Positions 19,581 to 30,153 of a DNA stretch of 64,000 bases are shown piece after piece; position 1 is the first letter of the stretch, and each line of letters opens with the position of its first letter. Where the stretch lies: positions 64,001 to 128,000 of the forward strand of contig CAVTRY010000021.1 in NCBI GenBank assembly GCA_963737265.1, given 5' to 3'. A model generated the notes under the pieces. That model did no database searches and had not been told where the DNA came from. It worked only from the letters and a program-made list of their open reading frames with translations. Made by a program: the position numbers and the translations under genes. This stretch comes from an uncultured delta proteobacterium. GTDB taxonomy: Bacteria > Myxococcota_A > Polyangia > Fen-1088.

Positions 19581-22500
19581 ATGAGTGAGCGCACGGCGCA
19601 GGCGGGTTCCGTTCTTTCGGTGCGGGAAATCTACCGCGGCCGGCACGTGTTCGTGCTGGGCGGCACCGGCTTCCTCGGCAAGGTGCTGCTCAGCATGTTG
19701 CTGCACAACTTTCCCGACATCGGCCGCGTCTACGTCATGGTCCGGCGTGGAACCGGGACGTCGAGCGAGGCGCGCTTTTGGGAGCAAGTCGTTCCATCGC
19801 ACCCCTTCGATCCGCTGCGCGAGGTGTACGGCGATCCGGAAAAGCTGCGCGCCTTCATCCAGGCAAAGGTACGCGTGGTGGACGGCGACATCACCGAGGC
19901 GAACCTCGGATTGTCGGAAGAAGAAGCCGCCGCCGTGGCCGCCGATATCGACGTGGTGATCAATTCGTCGGGCAAGGTGACCTTCAATCCGCCGCTCGAA
20001 TCCGCGCTGCGTACCAACGTGCAGGGCACCCGCAACGTCATCGCCTTCGTCAAGCGCATGAAGCGGCCGGCGCTCATCCACACCAGCACCTGCTTCGTCG
20101 CCGGCAACCGCAGCGGCGAGATTTGGGAAAGCGAGACTCTTGACGGCTATTTCCCGCGCGCAGGTGAGCTGCCCGCGACCAAGTTCAACGTCGAGCAGGA
20201 GGTCGCCGACTGCGCGCGCATCGCCGCCGAGGTGCGCGCCCAGGCCGACGACGCGCAAGTCGTGGCCCGCCTGCGCCAGCGCGCGCGCGATTCTCTGCGC
20301 GCCGCCAAGCGCGATCCCGACGACGAGGCCACGCTCAAGATGGGCCTCGCGCGCGAACGCAAGGATTGGGTGCGCAGCGAGCTGACGGAGCGAGGCATCG
20401 AGCGGGCCAAGGAGTGGGGCTGGCCCAACATCTATACGTACACCAAGAGTATCGGCGACCAGCTCGTCGCGCGCGAGACCGGCGTGGTCCGTTCGATCGT
20501 GCGTCCTGCCATCGTCGAAAGCTCGATCGCCTATCCGTTCCAGGGCTGGAACGAAGGCTACACGACGTCGGCGCCGCTGGTGTACTTGGCGCTCAAGGGC
20601 CAGAACAAGCTGCCCGTCTCCGAATCGCTGATTCTCGACGTGGTGCCGGTGGATTACATCGCGGGAGGCATGCTGATGGTTGCGGCGCAGGCGTGCGTGG
20701 AAGCGCCGGCGCTCGTGCACCAACTGGCGAGCGGCGATCTCAATCCCTCGCGCATCGGCCGCGTGACGACGCTCACTGGGCTTTACAAGCGCCAGCGTTT
20801 CCAAAGCAAGGAAACCGGCAACAAGTTCCTCAACGAGCTGGCCGCGCGCATGGAATTCCGGCCGGTAAGCTACGACGACTACGACCGCACGTCGTTGCCT
20901 CTCGTCAGCCGGGCGACCGAGCGGATTTCCGATGCGCTCGACCAGGTCCGGCCAAGATGGGGGGGCGGACGCTTTGCCAACTGGGTCGACCAGGTGAAGA
21001 AGAAAGTCGACAACCTCAAACGCATTACTCAAGACGCCAGCCGGGACATCGATCTGTTCCGTCCCTTCATTCTCGACAACGCCTACGTTTTGCGCGCCGA
21101 CAACATTCGCGCGCTTCGCGATCGCGTGCCGCCCGAGGAGCGTCCGCTGGTTCCGTGGTCGCCCGAAACCATCGACTGGTACGACTACTTCATGAACATT
21201 CACTTCCCGGGCTTGCAGAAGTGGGTGTTGCCCGAGCTCGACGAGACCTACGCGCCCAAGCCCAAGACTGTCTACGCCTATCGCGATCTCATCGAGCTTT
21301 TCGATACCACGACCAAGCTGCACGCCACGCGCGTGGCGATGCGCATGGAACGGGGCGGGCGCCAGGAATCGTACAGCTATCGCGATCTGCAAGAGCTGGC
21401 CACGCGGGCGGGAACCTTCCTAGTCGGCAAGTCGGTCAAGCCCGGCGACCGCGTGATCCTGTTCGCCAAGAATTCCCCCGAATGGGCCATGTGCTATTTC
21501 GGAATTCTCAAGGCCGGCGCCACCGCGGTGCCGGTGGCCCATGATTCGACCGCCGCCGAGGTGGTGAACATCGCGCGCGCGGCCGGTGCGACCGGCCTGA
21601 TTTCGGGCGAGGATTTGCTGGAAAAGCGGCCAACGCTGGCGCGCGAGCTCGCCGACGCGGGGCTGCCGACAGCAATCTGGCCGTTCGGGGCGGTGTTTGA
21701 GCTGCTCGATGAAGCGGTGGAGAACGAGCGCAAGAAGTCGCTCGTCGCCAAGCACGCAATCGACTCGGTGGCGTCGCTCATCTTCACGTCTGGCACCACG
21801 GGTCAGCCCAAGGGCGTGATGCTCACGCACCGCAACTTCACCTTCATGGTGTCCGAGCTGTCGCGCATCTTCGACGTCGGTACCAGCGACTGCATGCTGT
21901 CGGTGCTGCCGCTGCACCACACCTTCGAGTTCACCGCCGGCTTGCTCATGCCGCTCTCGCACGGGACGCGCATTACCTATCTGCCCGATCTCACCGGCGA
22001 CACCATCAACAACACGCTCAAGACCGGCAAGATCACCGCCATCGTGGGCGTGCCCGCGTTGTGGGAAACCCTGCGCCGCCGCGTGCTCCAGCGTTTTTCG
22101 GACAAGTCCGAGATCCTCGAATCCGCGGTCAAGGCCTTGGCCGACGCCAACTTCGTGCTACGTGCGCGCACCGGGCTCGACCTCGGCATGTTCCTGTTCC
22201 TACCCGTGCACGAAAAGCTGGGCGGGCGCATTCGCTACATGATCAGTGGCGGCTCGGCGCTGCCGCCCGACGTGCTCAAGACGTTTTACGGCATGGGCTT
22301 CGATTTCTTCGAGGGCTATGGCCTGACCGAAACCTCGCCGGTGCTTTCCGTGAGCACGCCCAAGCAGCGGCCCATCGCTGGCTCGGTCGGGCAGCCGCTG
22401 GCCGGGGTCGAGGTCAAGATCGACAGCCCCGACGATGCCGGCGTGGGCGAGGTCATAGCGCGCGGCAAGAACGTGATGGCCGGGTACTGGAAGGACGAGG

Positions 22501-24053
22501 AAAGCACTAACCAGGTCATTCGCGACGGCTGGTTCCGCACCGGCGACCTCGGCCGCTTCGACGAAGACGGAAATCTGTATATCGTGGGGCGCTCCAAGGA
22601 CGTCATCATCGATGCCAATGGCAAGAACGTCTATCCCGACGAAGTCGAGGAGCTCTACAAGGATTCTCCCTACATCAAGGAACTGTCCGTGGTGGGGCTG
22701 CCCGACGGCGTGGCCGAACACGTCGCCTGCGCCGTGGTGCCAGACTTCCTCCACGAGCCGGCGCTGTCGCTCGCCGAGGTCAAACAAAGGCTCGAAGTCC
22801 ACTTCCGCGAAGTGTCGACATCGCTGCCATTCTGGAAGCGCGTGCGCACCCTGGAATTCTGGGAAGGCGAGCTGCCGCGTACGAGCACCAAAAAGGTCAA
22901 GCGGCGCGAGGTCGCGGCCGAGCTGCGCACTCGTCATGATAAGGCGCAGTCGGAGCGAGCGGTCGGCGAGGGCATCCGCAACGCCGAGGCCAACCACAGC
23001 TGGTTTCTGGAAATCGTGGCGAACGCCTGCGGCAAGCCCTATTCCGAAGTCCACATGGCAAGCTTGCTCGACGAGCTGGGCTTCGACAGCCTGACCTACA
23101 ACGAGCTCGCCGCCGGTCTGGAGAACGCCGACGTTCACGTGCCGGAAGGCGTGGTCTTCGCCAGCGCCCACGACGTGGCGACGCTGTTCGACATGGTCAC
23201 CGGCAAGCGCCACTCCGCCTCGCAGGAGAAGCGCGAGAGCCGCAAGCAGGCCGACAGCAGCGGCGACGACGATATCAAGCTGCCCTCGCCCATCGCGCAC
23301 CTCGGCAAACGCGGCCTGGCCAAGGCGCAGCGCATGTTCTACACCCGGGCGCTGCAGACCAAGGTGCGCGGCGAGGCGTACATTCCGCAGCACACCAATT
23401 TCATCGTGGCCGCCAATCACTCGTCCCACCTTGACATGGGCGTTATCAAGGTCGCGCTGGGCGACGCCGGTCACGAGCTGGCCTCGCTCGCCGCCGCCGA
23501 CTACTTCTTCTCGAACAAATGGCGGCGCGCCTACTTCAAGAACCTAACCAATCTCGTGCCCATGGAGCGCAGCGGCTCTATTCGCAAGTCGCTCGTCATC
23601 GCCGAGCGCGTGCTCCGCGGCGGCAAGAGCCTGGTGCTGTTTCCCGAGGGTACGCGCTCACGCACCGGGGTGATGGCCGACTTTCTGCCCAGCCTTGGCT
23701 ACTTGGCGCTTCACGCCGACGCCGGAGTTCTGCCCGCCCACATCGAAGGCGCCCACGCCGCCATGCCGGTGGGCGCGACCATCCCAAAGAAGCGCGATCT
23801 CGGCGTCTACTTCGGTCCCTTCCTGACCATCGATTTCCTGCGTCAGCTCACCCAAGGCCTGTCCCATCAGGAAGCCTGGCGCATGTGCTCGGCCCTGACC
23901 CAGCGGATCATCGAGAACCTGCGCGACGGGGTCACGCCTCGTTTCGACGTGGAAAGCGTGCTCGCGGCCTGGGACGGTCAGAAGCTGGGACCGCTTGTTT
24001 CTCCGCCGTTCCGCGCCGGCAAGCGGCTGGGTCTGACTGGGAGGTCGCCGTGA
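19581..24053 (+). CDS. elbD: Multifunctional ether-lipid enzyme: fatty acyl reductase + acyl-CoA synthetase + ACP + PlsC acyltransferase
   Basis: GGTGFLGK and YTYTK (FAR); FTSGTTGQPKG, YGLTE and TGDLG (AMP-binding); LGFDSL (ACP); NHSSHLD and FPEGTRS (acyltransferase). Confidence 0.88.
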   Translation: MSERTAQAGSVLSVREIYRGRHVFVLGGTGFLGKVLLSMLLHNFPDIGRVYVMVRRGTGTSSEARFWEQVVPSHPFDPLREVYGDPEKLRAFIQAKVRVVDGDITEANLGLSEEEAAAVAADIDVVINSSGKVTFNPPLESALRTNVQGTRNVIAFVKRMKRPALIHTSTCFVAGNRSGEIWESETLDGYFPRAGELPATKFNVEQEVADCARIAAEVRAQADDAQVVARLRQRARDSLRAAKRDPDDEATLKMGLARERKDWVRSELTERGIERAKEWGWPNIYTYTKSIGDQLVARETGVVRSIVRPAIVESSIAYPFQGWNEGYTTSAPLVYLALKGQNKLPVSESLILDVVPVDYIAGGMLMVAAQACVEAPALVHQLASGDLNPSRIGRVTTLTGLYKRQRFQSKETGNKFLNELAARMEFRPVSYDDYDRTSLPLVSRATERISDALDQVRPRWGGGRFANWVDQVKKKVDNLKRITQDASRDIDLFRPFILDNAYVLRADNIRALRDRVPPEERPLVPWSPETIDWYDYFMNIHFPGLQKWVLPELDETYAPKPKTVYAYRDLIELFDTTTKLHATRVAMRMERGGRQESYSYRDLQELATRAGTFLVGKSVKPGDRVILFAKNSPEWAMCYFGILKAGATAVPVAHDSTAAEVVNIARAAGATGLISGEDLLEKRPTLARELADAGLPTAIWPFGAVFELLDEAVENERKKSLVAKHAIDSVASLIFTSGTTGQPKGVMLTHRNFTFMVSELSRIFDVGTSDCMLSVLPLHHTFEFTAGLLMPLSHGTRITYLPDLTGDTINNTLKTGKITAIVGVPALWETLRRRVLQRFSDKSEILESAVKALADANFVLRARTGLDLGMFLFLPVHEKLGGRIRYMISGGSALPPDVLKTFYGMGFDFFEGYGLTETSPVLSVSTPKQRPIAGSVGQPLAGVEVKIDSPDDAGVGEVIARGKNVMAGYWKDEESTNQVIRDGWFRTGDLGRFDEDGNLYIVGRSKDVIIDANGKNVYPDEVEELYKDSPYIKELSVVGLPDGVAEHVACAVVPDFLHEPALSLAEVKQRLEVHFREVSTSLPFWKRVRTLEFWEGELPRTSTKKVKRREVAAELRTRHDKAQSERAVGEGIRNAEANHSWFLEIVANACGKPYSEVHMASLLDELGFDSLTYNELAAGLENADVHVPEGVVFASAHDVATLFDMVTGKRHSASQEKRESRKQADSSGDDDIKLPSPIAHLGKRGLAKAQRMFYTRALQTKVRGEAYIPQHTNFIVAANHSSHLDMGVIKVALGDAGHELASLAAADYFFSNKWRRAYFKNLTNLVPMERSGSIRKSLVIAERVLRGGKSLVLFPEGTRSRTGVMADFLPSLGYLALHADAGVLPAHIEGAHAAMPVGATIPKKRDLGVYFGPFLTIDFLRQLTQGLSHQEAWRMCSALTQRIIENLRDGVTPRFDVESVLAAWDGQKLGPLVSPPFRAGKRLGLTGRSP

Positions 24054-25066
24054 AGATCCTGGTGACCGGAGGCACGGGCTTTCTCGGCAACCACTTCCTG
24101 TCCGAGCTGTGCCAGCGCGTGGACAGCGCGGATATCCGCGTGTTGTCTTTGTTCAACACCCCGGCGCTGGATGCCAGCGGGGTCGAGGTCATTGTCGGCA
24201 CCGTGACCTCCGCCGCGGACGTGGCGCGCGCCATGGAAGGGATCACCCACGTCTATCACTTGGCGGGCTTCGTCTCGCGCAAACCGGAGGATGCGCACCT
24301 GATGTTCCAGGTCCACGTCGACGGCACCCGCCTGGTGTGCCAGGCCGCGGTCCAAGCCGGGGTAAAGCGCATCCTTATGTCGTCCACAAGCGGCACCATC
24401 GCGATTTCCGAACGCGACGACGAATGGCCCGACGAAACCTCGACGCCGCCCATGGCGCTCGTCACGCGCTGGGGCTACTACACCAGCAAGCTCTATCAAG
24501 AGGCGACGGCGAGGCGATTCTGCGGCGATAGGGTCGAGCTCGTGATGGTGAATCCGGGCTTGCTGCTCGGGCCGGGCGACGAGCGCATCGGCTCGACGCG
24601 CGAGGTGGTGTCTTTCCTGGCCGGGGATGTGCGCGTGGTGCCGCCGGGCGGAATCAACTTCGTCGACGCGCGCGATGTGGCAGCCGCGATCCCGGTGGCC
24701 ATGGAGAAAGGCAGGCCGGGCGAGCGCTATTTGCTCGGCGGTCACAACATGACCTTCGCCGAGTATTTCGACCGCATGGAGCGCTTGAGCAAAGAGTACA
24801 CGGCGCGGATCAAGTTGAAGGGAGACTGGCCCTGGCTCGCCGTGCGAGCCCAGTCGGCGGTCTTCAAGATTTTCGGGCGCACACCGCCCATTGAGCCAGC
24901 CGCGGCCGATCAGGCCAAGTACTTCTGGTATTTCCACAGTGACAAGGCGAGGCGCGAGCTCGGCTTTGCCCCGCGCGAGGCGAGCGCCACCATCTTCGAC
25001 ACCATCGAATACGTACGCGAGCACCACATGGGCAACGGGGCGTTCAAGAAGACATCAAGGGGCTAG
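24050..25066 (+). CDS. NAD-dependent epimerase/dehydratase (ElbE-like)
   Basis: GTG start overlapping the elbD stop; TGGTGFLG, YYTSK, GERY. Confidence 0.88.
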   Translation: MKILVTGGTGFLGNHFLSELCQRVDSADIRVLSLFNTPALDASGVEVIVGTVTSAADVARAMEGITHVYHLAGFVSRKPEDAHLMFQVHVDGTRLVCQAAVQAGVKRILMSSTSGTIAISERDDEWPDETSTPPMALVTRWGYYTSKLYQEATARRFCGDRVELVMVNPGLLLGPGDERIGSTREVVSFLAGDVRVVPPGGINFVDARDVAAAIPVAMEKGRPGERYLLGGHNMTFAEYFDRMERLSKEYTARIKLKGDWPWLAVRAQSAVFKIFGRTPPIEPAAADQAKYFWYFHSDKARRELGFAPREASATIFDTIEYVREHHMGNGAFKKTSRG

Positions 25067-25216
25067 CAGCCCGTGGTAAAAGTCTCCACGTCGCCGTTCG
25101 GGCGGATTTGGGCCGTCTGCTGCGTCGCCGCTCGCTTGAATACCTCTAGTATTCGGCGCTTCGCTGCTCCTTGCATCCGGCCCAAATCCACTCCGAACGG
25201 CTCGGTCCGCATTTCC
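25064..25216. mobile_element. Main body of a CTAG-targeting palindromic MITE (IS5/IS1182-like ends), cut by ISL3
   Basis: Starts TAGCAGCCCGTGGTAAAAGTC; internal arms CCGTTCGGGCGGATTTGGGCCG / CGGCCCAAATCCACTCCGAACGG; central GAATAC-ctcta-GTATTC. Confidence 0.75.
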
Positions 25217-26707
25217 CGCCCATCACGCTTTCGGGTGAGCTTCCGTCGAGGGTCAGTGGCAGCATGAGAAATACAGGATCTGCATGAGGTTGTCGGGGTT
25301 GCGGTAGCCGTGGCCACGCTGGCTGATGCCGCGAACACGTGAATTGTTGCCTTCGAGGGCTGCGTTGGAAAGACCGTGCTTGGCCCAGGCAATAACGCCC
25401 GACCAATGGCGCTTAATCATGTTCCAGAATCGCTTCAACGAGCCAAGTCGTTGCCAGCGTAATAGGCGACGCCAGTGGTCGAGTGCTGCAGCCATACCGA
25501 CCTCAGTGTGATAGCCCCATACGACGTCGAACTGCTCCTTGAGCAGGTACGCTACCTGGAGACGTCGGTTGAGGCGGAATAGCTCGTCAAGCTCGCGACG
25601 GCGACGCCAGTGAAGACGACGACGCTTCTTGAGCAGGAGGAACTTCTTGCCTCGGATGGCCTCGCGATACAGGCCACCCTTGCGCCAAAATTCCGCCTTG
25701 CGGACCTGGTCGACGGCGTCGGTGAGGTGGTGCTCGATGTGGAATCGGTCGAAGACGAGGTCAGCCTGTGGGGCATGTTCGCAGATGGCGTTGATGTAGC
25801 CTTGGGCCATGTCCAGCGTGACTGCCACCAGCCGATGCGACCGGCGCGGTCCCAGCTTCACGAAAAACTGCTTGAGTGTTTCCTCCTGCTTGCCCTCGCC
25901 GATCCAAACCACGTGTCCGGCCTCGTGGTCCCAGACGATGGTCAGATACTTGTTCTGGCCTCGGCCGTAGCTGACCTCGTCGACGCCGATGATGCGAAGC
26001 TTGCGATGGAAGCGGCGCTCAACCGCATCCTCGACCCAGTGGGTGATGAGGCGCATGACGGTAGTCCAGTGCAGCCCGAGTTGGCGGCACACGCCGGCAA
26101 TGGAAGTCGTGCGGGCACGCCGCAGGACCTCCGCCTCGAACATGTGAGTCATGCGCGAGCCGGTGCGCGCCCACGGGACCTGTTCGACCCGGATCCCACA
26201 GCGGCGACAGCGCACGCGCCGCAGAGGCGCGATGACGACCGTGCGGATGCCCCAACCGTCGAGATGACGCCAGGCCCGGGCGCAATTCTTGATATCCAGC
26301 GCGCAGCGCTTGGTCTCTCCACAGCCGGAGCACACAGCCGACTGCCTGGTCGGATACAGGTGTACATGCCAGGAGCCATCGGTACCGCTGTAGCTGTCGA
26401 AACTGACACGCCAGCCGTTTGCAATGGCCAGCTGCAATGCCAAAATACCAGGGACGGACGTTCGTTGGGAGTTCCTCGTGATTTGCATAAACCCGAAGGA
26501 TCACCGACGGACGTCCACTTTTCATTTCGCGCACCGTCGCGCGCGGCGACGAGATCCTCGTCGTCGCATAGCAGCACCTGAGCCGCCAGCGAGGAGGCCG
26601 TCACCCGTAGGGCCGGAGCGAAGCGGAGGAGGCGCGAAGCGCCTTGCCGGCCCCCGGAGCGGCGGCTACGCCGTTGCCTTCGCAATCACCCGAACGCGCG
26701 ATGAACC
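25217..26707 (-). mobile_element. ISL3-family insertion sequence, copy 2 (inverted)
   Basis: 1491 bp; two differences from copy 1 noticed, one in the 5' non-coding region and one synonymous. Confidence 0.92.
25253..26488 (-). CDS. ISL3-family transposase
   Basis: Protein identical to 1705-2940. Confidence 0.95.
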   Translation of the reverse strand: MQITRNSQRTSVPGILALQLAIANGWRVSFDSYSGTDGSWHVHLYPTRQSAVCSGCGETKRCALDIKNCARAWRHLDGWGIRTVVIAPLRRVRCRRCGIRVEQVPWARTGSRMTHMFEAEVLRRARTTSIAGVCRQLGLHWTTVMRLITHWVEDAVERRFHRKLRIIGVDEVSYGRGQNKYLTIVWDHEAGHVVWIGEGKQEETLKQFFVKLGPRRSHRLVAVTLDMAQGYINAICEHAPQADLVFDRFHIEHHLTDAVDQVRKAEFWRKGGLYREAIRGKKFLLLKKRRRLHWRRRRELDELFRLNRRLQVAYLLKEQFDVVWGYHTEVGMAAALDHWRRLLRWQRLGSLKRFWNMIKRHWSGVIAWAKHGLSNAALEGNNSRVRGISQRGHGYRNPDNLMQILYFSCCH

Positions 26708-27661
26708 CGATTTTGTCGATCTGAGTGGGGCCGCCACAGGTTCCCGAGGTCGGGTCGCAGGATCCGGCATTGTGGCACCCGTCAGCCCCGCCACAGGTGA
26801 CGGGGTTGCCGCCCATGCAGACACCGAGCAGACAAGTGTCGGTCTGCGTGCAGGCATTGCCGTCGTTGCAGGCCGTTCCGTCTTGCGCTGGCGGGTTGGT
26901 GCACGCGCCGGAGCCAGGATCGCAGACTCCGAGATGACACTGGTCGCCGGGGGCGCAGGTCATGAGGTTGGTTCCGGTGCAGGTCCCGCCCTGACAGCTA
27001 TCCGTCTGAGTGCATGCATTCCCGTCGTCACACGTGGTTCCGTCTCCCTTCGCCGGATTGCTGCACTGGCCGCTGGTGATATCGCAAATCCCGGCGTTAT
27101 GGCACTGATCGCTTGCGCTGCACTGGGTGGCTCGGTTGGGGTCGGGAGTGCAGACCTTGTTCTGGCAGGTGTCGCCCCAGGTGCAGGGGTTGCCGTCGGA
27201 GCAAACGGTTCCGTTGGGATACTTGGCGCTGGTGCAATCGACGGAGCCGCGGCAGCCCGTGCACTTGTAGACCTGGTCGGCGACTTCTTTGCTGGCGGTG
27301 CCCCACGGGTTGAGCACGTTCACGCCGCACACGTCGTCGGGGCCGCCGCAGGTTTCGGGGCTGCAGCCGTGGGCGGCGTAGCAGTCGAGGTAGGCGCTGC
27401 AGCCGGTCCGGTCGCTTGGGTTTGGCCGGTGCAGAAGGCGCCGCAGGTCGTGGTGCGCCAGCTCTGCACGCAGGTGTTGGTGCTGGGCGCCGTCACCGCA
27501 ACGTTATCGGCCTCGAACGAGGCGCCCACGCTGCCCACGCCGGTCGAGCCGCCGTCACACGAGGTGTCGACCTGCGACAGCAGCGGATTGCCGCCGCCCA
27601 CGTAGGCATTGATGGTCGTGCCGATCATCTCCAGCTTCACGTCGTACCAGGTACCGGCGTT
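26708..27661 (-). pseudogene. Middle fragment of giant surface protein: end of ConA/LamG-like domain plus Cys-rich CxDGNxCT repeats
   Basis: GTWYDVKLEMIG...FEADNVAVT, then CDDGNACTQTDSC-type repeats; frameshift near 27416; bounded by IS21 and ISL3. Confidence 0.75.
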
Positions 27662-27697
27662 TGCTGGACGTCAACTACATTCACCCGGTGACGTCAA

Positions 27698-28545
27698 TTA
27701 CATCGCCCCATTGTTGTCGGGGGTAGTTGTCGTTGGTTGATCGGTAGTTGTCGTAGTTGTCGCTGGGGTGGTGACGCCTCTCTTTCGTGCTTCTTCGCTG
27801 CGGTAGCTGGGGCCGGTCATCTCAAGGATGACCGCGTGGTGGACCAGTCGGTCGATGGCGGCGGCGGTGGTCATGGGATCCTTGAAAATGCGGATCCAAT
27901 CGCTGAAGACCAGGTTGCTGGTGATGAGGACGCTCTTGCGTTCGTACCGCTCGGCCAGGAAGGTGAAAAGGACCTCCATTTCATCGCGGCTCTGCTGGAC
28001 GTAGCCGATGTCGTCGAGGATCACGGCGTGATAGATGTCGAGCGCGGCCAGTTCTCGTTCCAGGCGAAGGTCGCGCTTGGCGGCCAGCAGCCTGGACAAG
28101 CGCGAAGGTCGGCGTGAAGAGGACCCGGTAGCCGCGCCGGATGAGTTCGTGGCCGATGGCAGCCACAACGTGACTTTTGCCTCGGCCGGGCAGTCCGAAG
28201 ACGAGCAGGTTCTCCCCACGTTCGACAAAGCCACCCTCACACAGGCTCGCCATCTGCTTCATCACCTTGGGTGACAGCCGACCACGTTCCAGGGTGGCCA
28301 GGGTTTTCTCCGTGGGAAGGTCCGAATCGCGAAGCGCGCGATCGATGCGACGGGTTCGGCGCTCTTCGATTTCCAGTTCGGCCAGGTGCTGGAGGTATTG
28401 GCTGAAGGTCCACCCCTCGCGGCTGGCCTTGATCGCGATCTCCTCGGCGTGCCGGGTGAAGGCAGGCAGCTTGAGCGCGCGCAGAAGCACCAGCAGAGCG
28501 TTCGAGCGCGCTCGGCTTGACCGTGTCTACGGAGACGTTGGTCAT
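27698..28545 (-). pseudogene. istB: IS21 helper ATPase IstB with two frameshifts (about 28497 and 28095)
   Basis: GLPGRGKS Walker A and ILDDIGY Walker B lie in different frames; ITSN and AAIDRLVHH present. Confidence 0.85.
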
Positions 28546-30041
28546 GATGCCACCTGTTCGAGGAGCAGGTCGTAGGACGCGAGATCGACCAGCGGTGCTT
28601 CGAGCGCGGGGACGCTCGGTGGATAGGTACTGTCCGTCGCCTGTGTGCATCTCTTCTTGGTTGCATCCGCCGTCAAGATGGTCCCATCGGCAAGCAGAGT
28701 CGTGAGCGCTTGCTCGACATCGGCTTCCATCGTGCTGGCGGCCAGGTGAAGAATGCGCAGGTATTCAACGTCGCCTTTGATTCCAGGCTTGGTCGCCTGG
28801 ATCGCGTCGTATGCCCGCCTGAAAGTCACGCTTGGAAACAGCTCTTCTCGGTAGACGTAGCGAGAAAACGCGCCCGGCTTGCGCACCAAAGACCAGATGA
28901 CGTGCCGGTAGTCGATGCGCGCGGTCTTGCCTCGCAGCCTGTCGCAGGCCAATTCCAAGTTGTCGGCGTAGTACACCTCGATTCGGTGCTCGAACACGCG
29001 GACTCTCACCCGTGCGCCGATCAGCCTCGACGGCACCGAGTAGGCGCACGACTTGACCCGGATGGTGCTCGTCGACGCCACAGGTGCCGTCATTTCTGCG
29101 TACTCCGGCAAACGCTCCACCACCAGCGGCCGCATGGCTTCGATCTCCTCGGCGACGCGCGGGCCTCGCGAAGCGTTGGCTTTGCGGACCACCTTGGCTA
29201 CGAAGCGTTCGTAGTCGTCTTGGTCCGCGAAGTCGCGGCTGCCACGCACCAGCAACGCTTGTTCAAGCCGACGCTTGAGCGCGCCGTTGCTGGCCTCCAC
29301 ATCGCCGTTTTGTTCCTTGGCCCCGACGGCTGTAGTTCGTGCCTCCATTCCGAGGTGCCGCATGACCGCCTTGTATTCATCGTTGAAAGTGCGATCTTCC
29401 GCATCGCGAGCGATCTGATGTGTCGCCGCCGTCGAGTGGTCGGTTTGGTGGTATCGCGGCACCCGCCCAAGCTGGAACAGCGCCGACTGGATCCCTCGCC
29501 GAAGCGCTGCCAGAGACTCCGACAGACACGCGGTCGCCCATTGCCAGTTCGAGTACGGCAGCACCGTCACGCACAAAAGGTGCACAAATAGCTGGCCCAC
29601 GATCGTCACACCAAGCTCCGCCGTCGACGTGAAGTCGGTTTGCGCGGCTTCACCGGGCCGATGCGCCTGCGTGAACCAAATCTCACGCGCAGGACCATGC
29701 TCGGCCCGCCAGCGACGGATTCGCCGCTGCATTGTCCGAAGATGGCTCTCGTTGTACCGCCCTGGCTGCTTCGCCTCCAGCAGCTCCAGCACCGTCTGAG
29801 CCTCCAGCCCAGGCGTTTCCTCCAGCAACTTGGCCACGGCTGGCCAGTCCTCGGCGAACGCGTCAGGGCGCGTCCGCCACCACCGCGGCTGCCGTAGCTC
29901 CGACGGTAGCTTGCCCGCGGCGATGTATCGCCGCCCTGTCTTCCGGTCCATGCCCGCCTTCATGGCGGCCTGGCCTACTTTTCCAATCTTGCTCATCTCT
30001 TCCATCAAACGCCTCACTTGGGCGTCGGTGACCGGCTTCAA
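28542..30041 (-). CDS. istA: IS21 transposase IstA
   Basis: PGEAAQTDF, QTDH, NGDVE and YSVPSRLIG motifs. Confidence 0.92.
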   Translation of the reverse strand: MKPVTDAQVRRLMEEMSKIGKVGQAAMKAGMDRKTGRRYIAAGKLPSELRQPRWWRTRPDAFAEDWPAVAKLLEETPGLEAQTVLELLEAKQPGRYNESHLRTMQRRIRRWRAEHGPAREIWFTQAHRPGEAAQTDFTSTAELGVTIVGQLFVHLLCVTVLPYSNWQWATACLSESLAALRRGIQSALFQLGRVPRYHQTDHSTAATHQIARDAEDRTFNDEYKAVMRHLGMEARTTAVGAKEQNGDVEASNGALKRRLEQALLVRGSRDFADQDDYERFVAKVVRKANASRGPRVAEEIEAMRPLVVERLPEYAEMTAPVASTSTIRVKSCAYSVPSRLIGARVRVRVFEHRIEVYYADNLELACDRLRGKTARIDYRHVIWSLVRKPGAFSRYVYREELFPSVTFRRAYDAIQATKPGIKGDVEYLRILHLAASTMEADVEQALTTLLADGTILTADATKKRCTQATDSTYPPSVPALEAPLVDLASYDLLLEQVAS

Positions 30042-30153
30042 AGGTGCCTCCTGCCCGCTTGCGGGCTTGGAGGTCTACCTCACGGTCACCGTCGCGCCTC
30101 AAAGCGGGGCGACGTAGCTGTCGTCTTTGGGGAGATGTAATTGTCGCTCAGCA

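Larger units (their letters stand above)
27662..30153 (-). mobile_element. IS21-family insertion sequence
   Basis: TG...CA ends (TGCTGAGCGACAATTACAT / TGCTGGACGTCAACTACAT), multiple subterminal GTAGTTGTCG-like repeats, istA + istB. Confidence 0.9.

Noticed and set aside
28080-28110. istB frame break as programmed frameshifting
   Set aside because: No slippery sequence, a second break occurs near 28497, and IS21 istB is normally a single ORF
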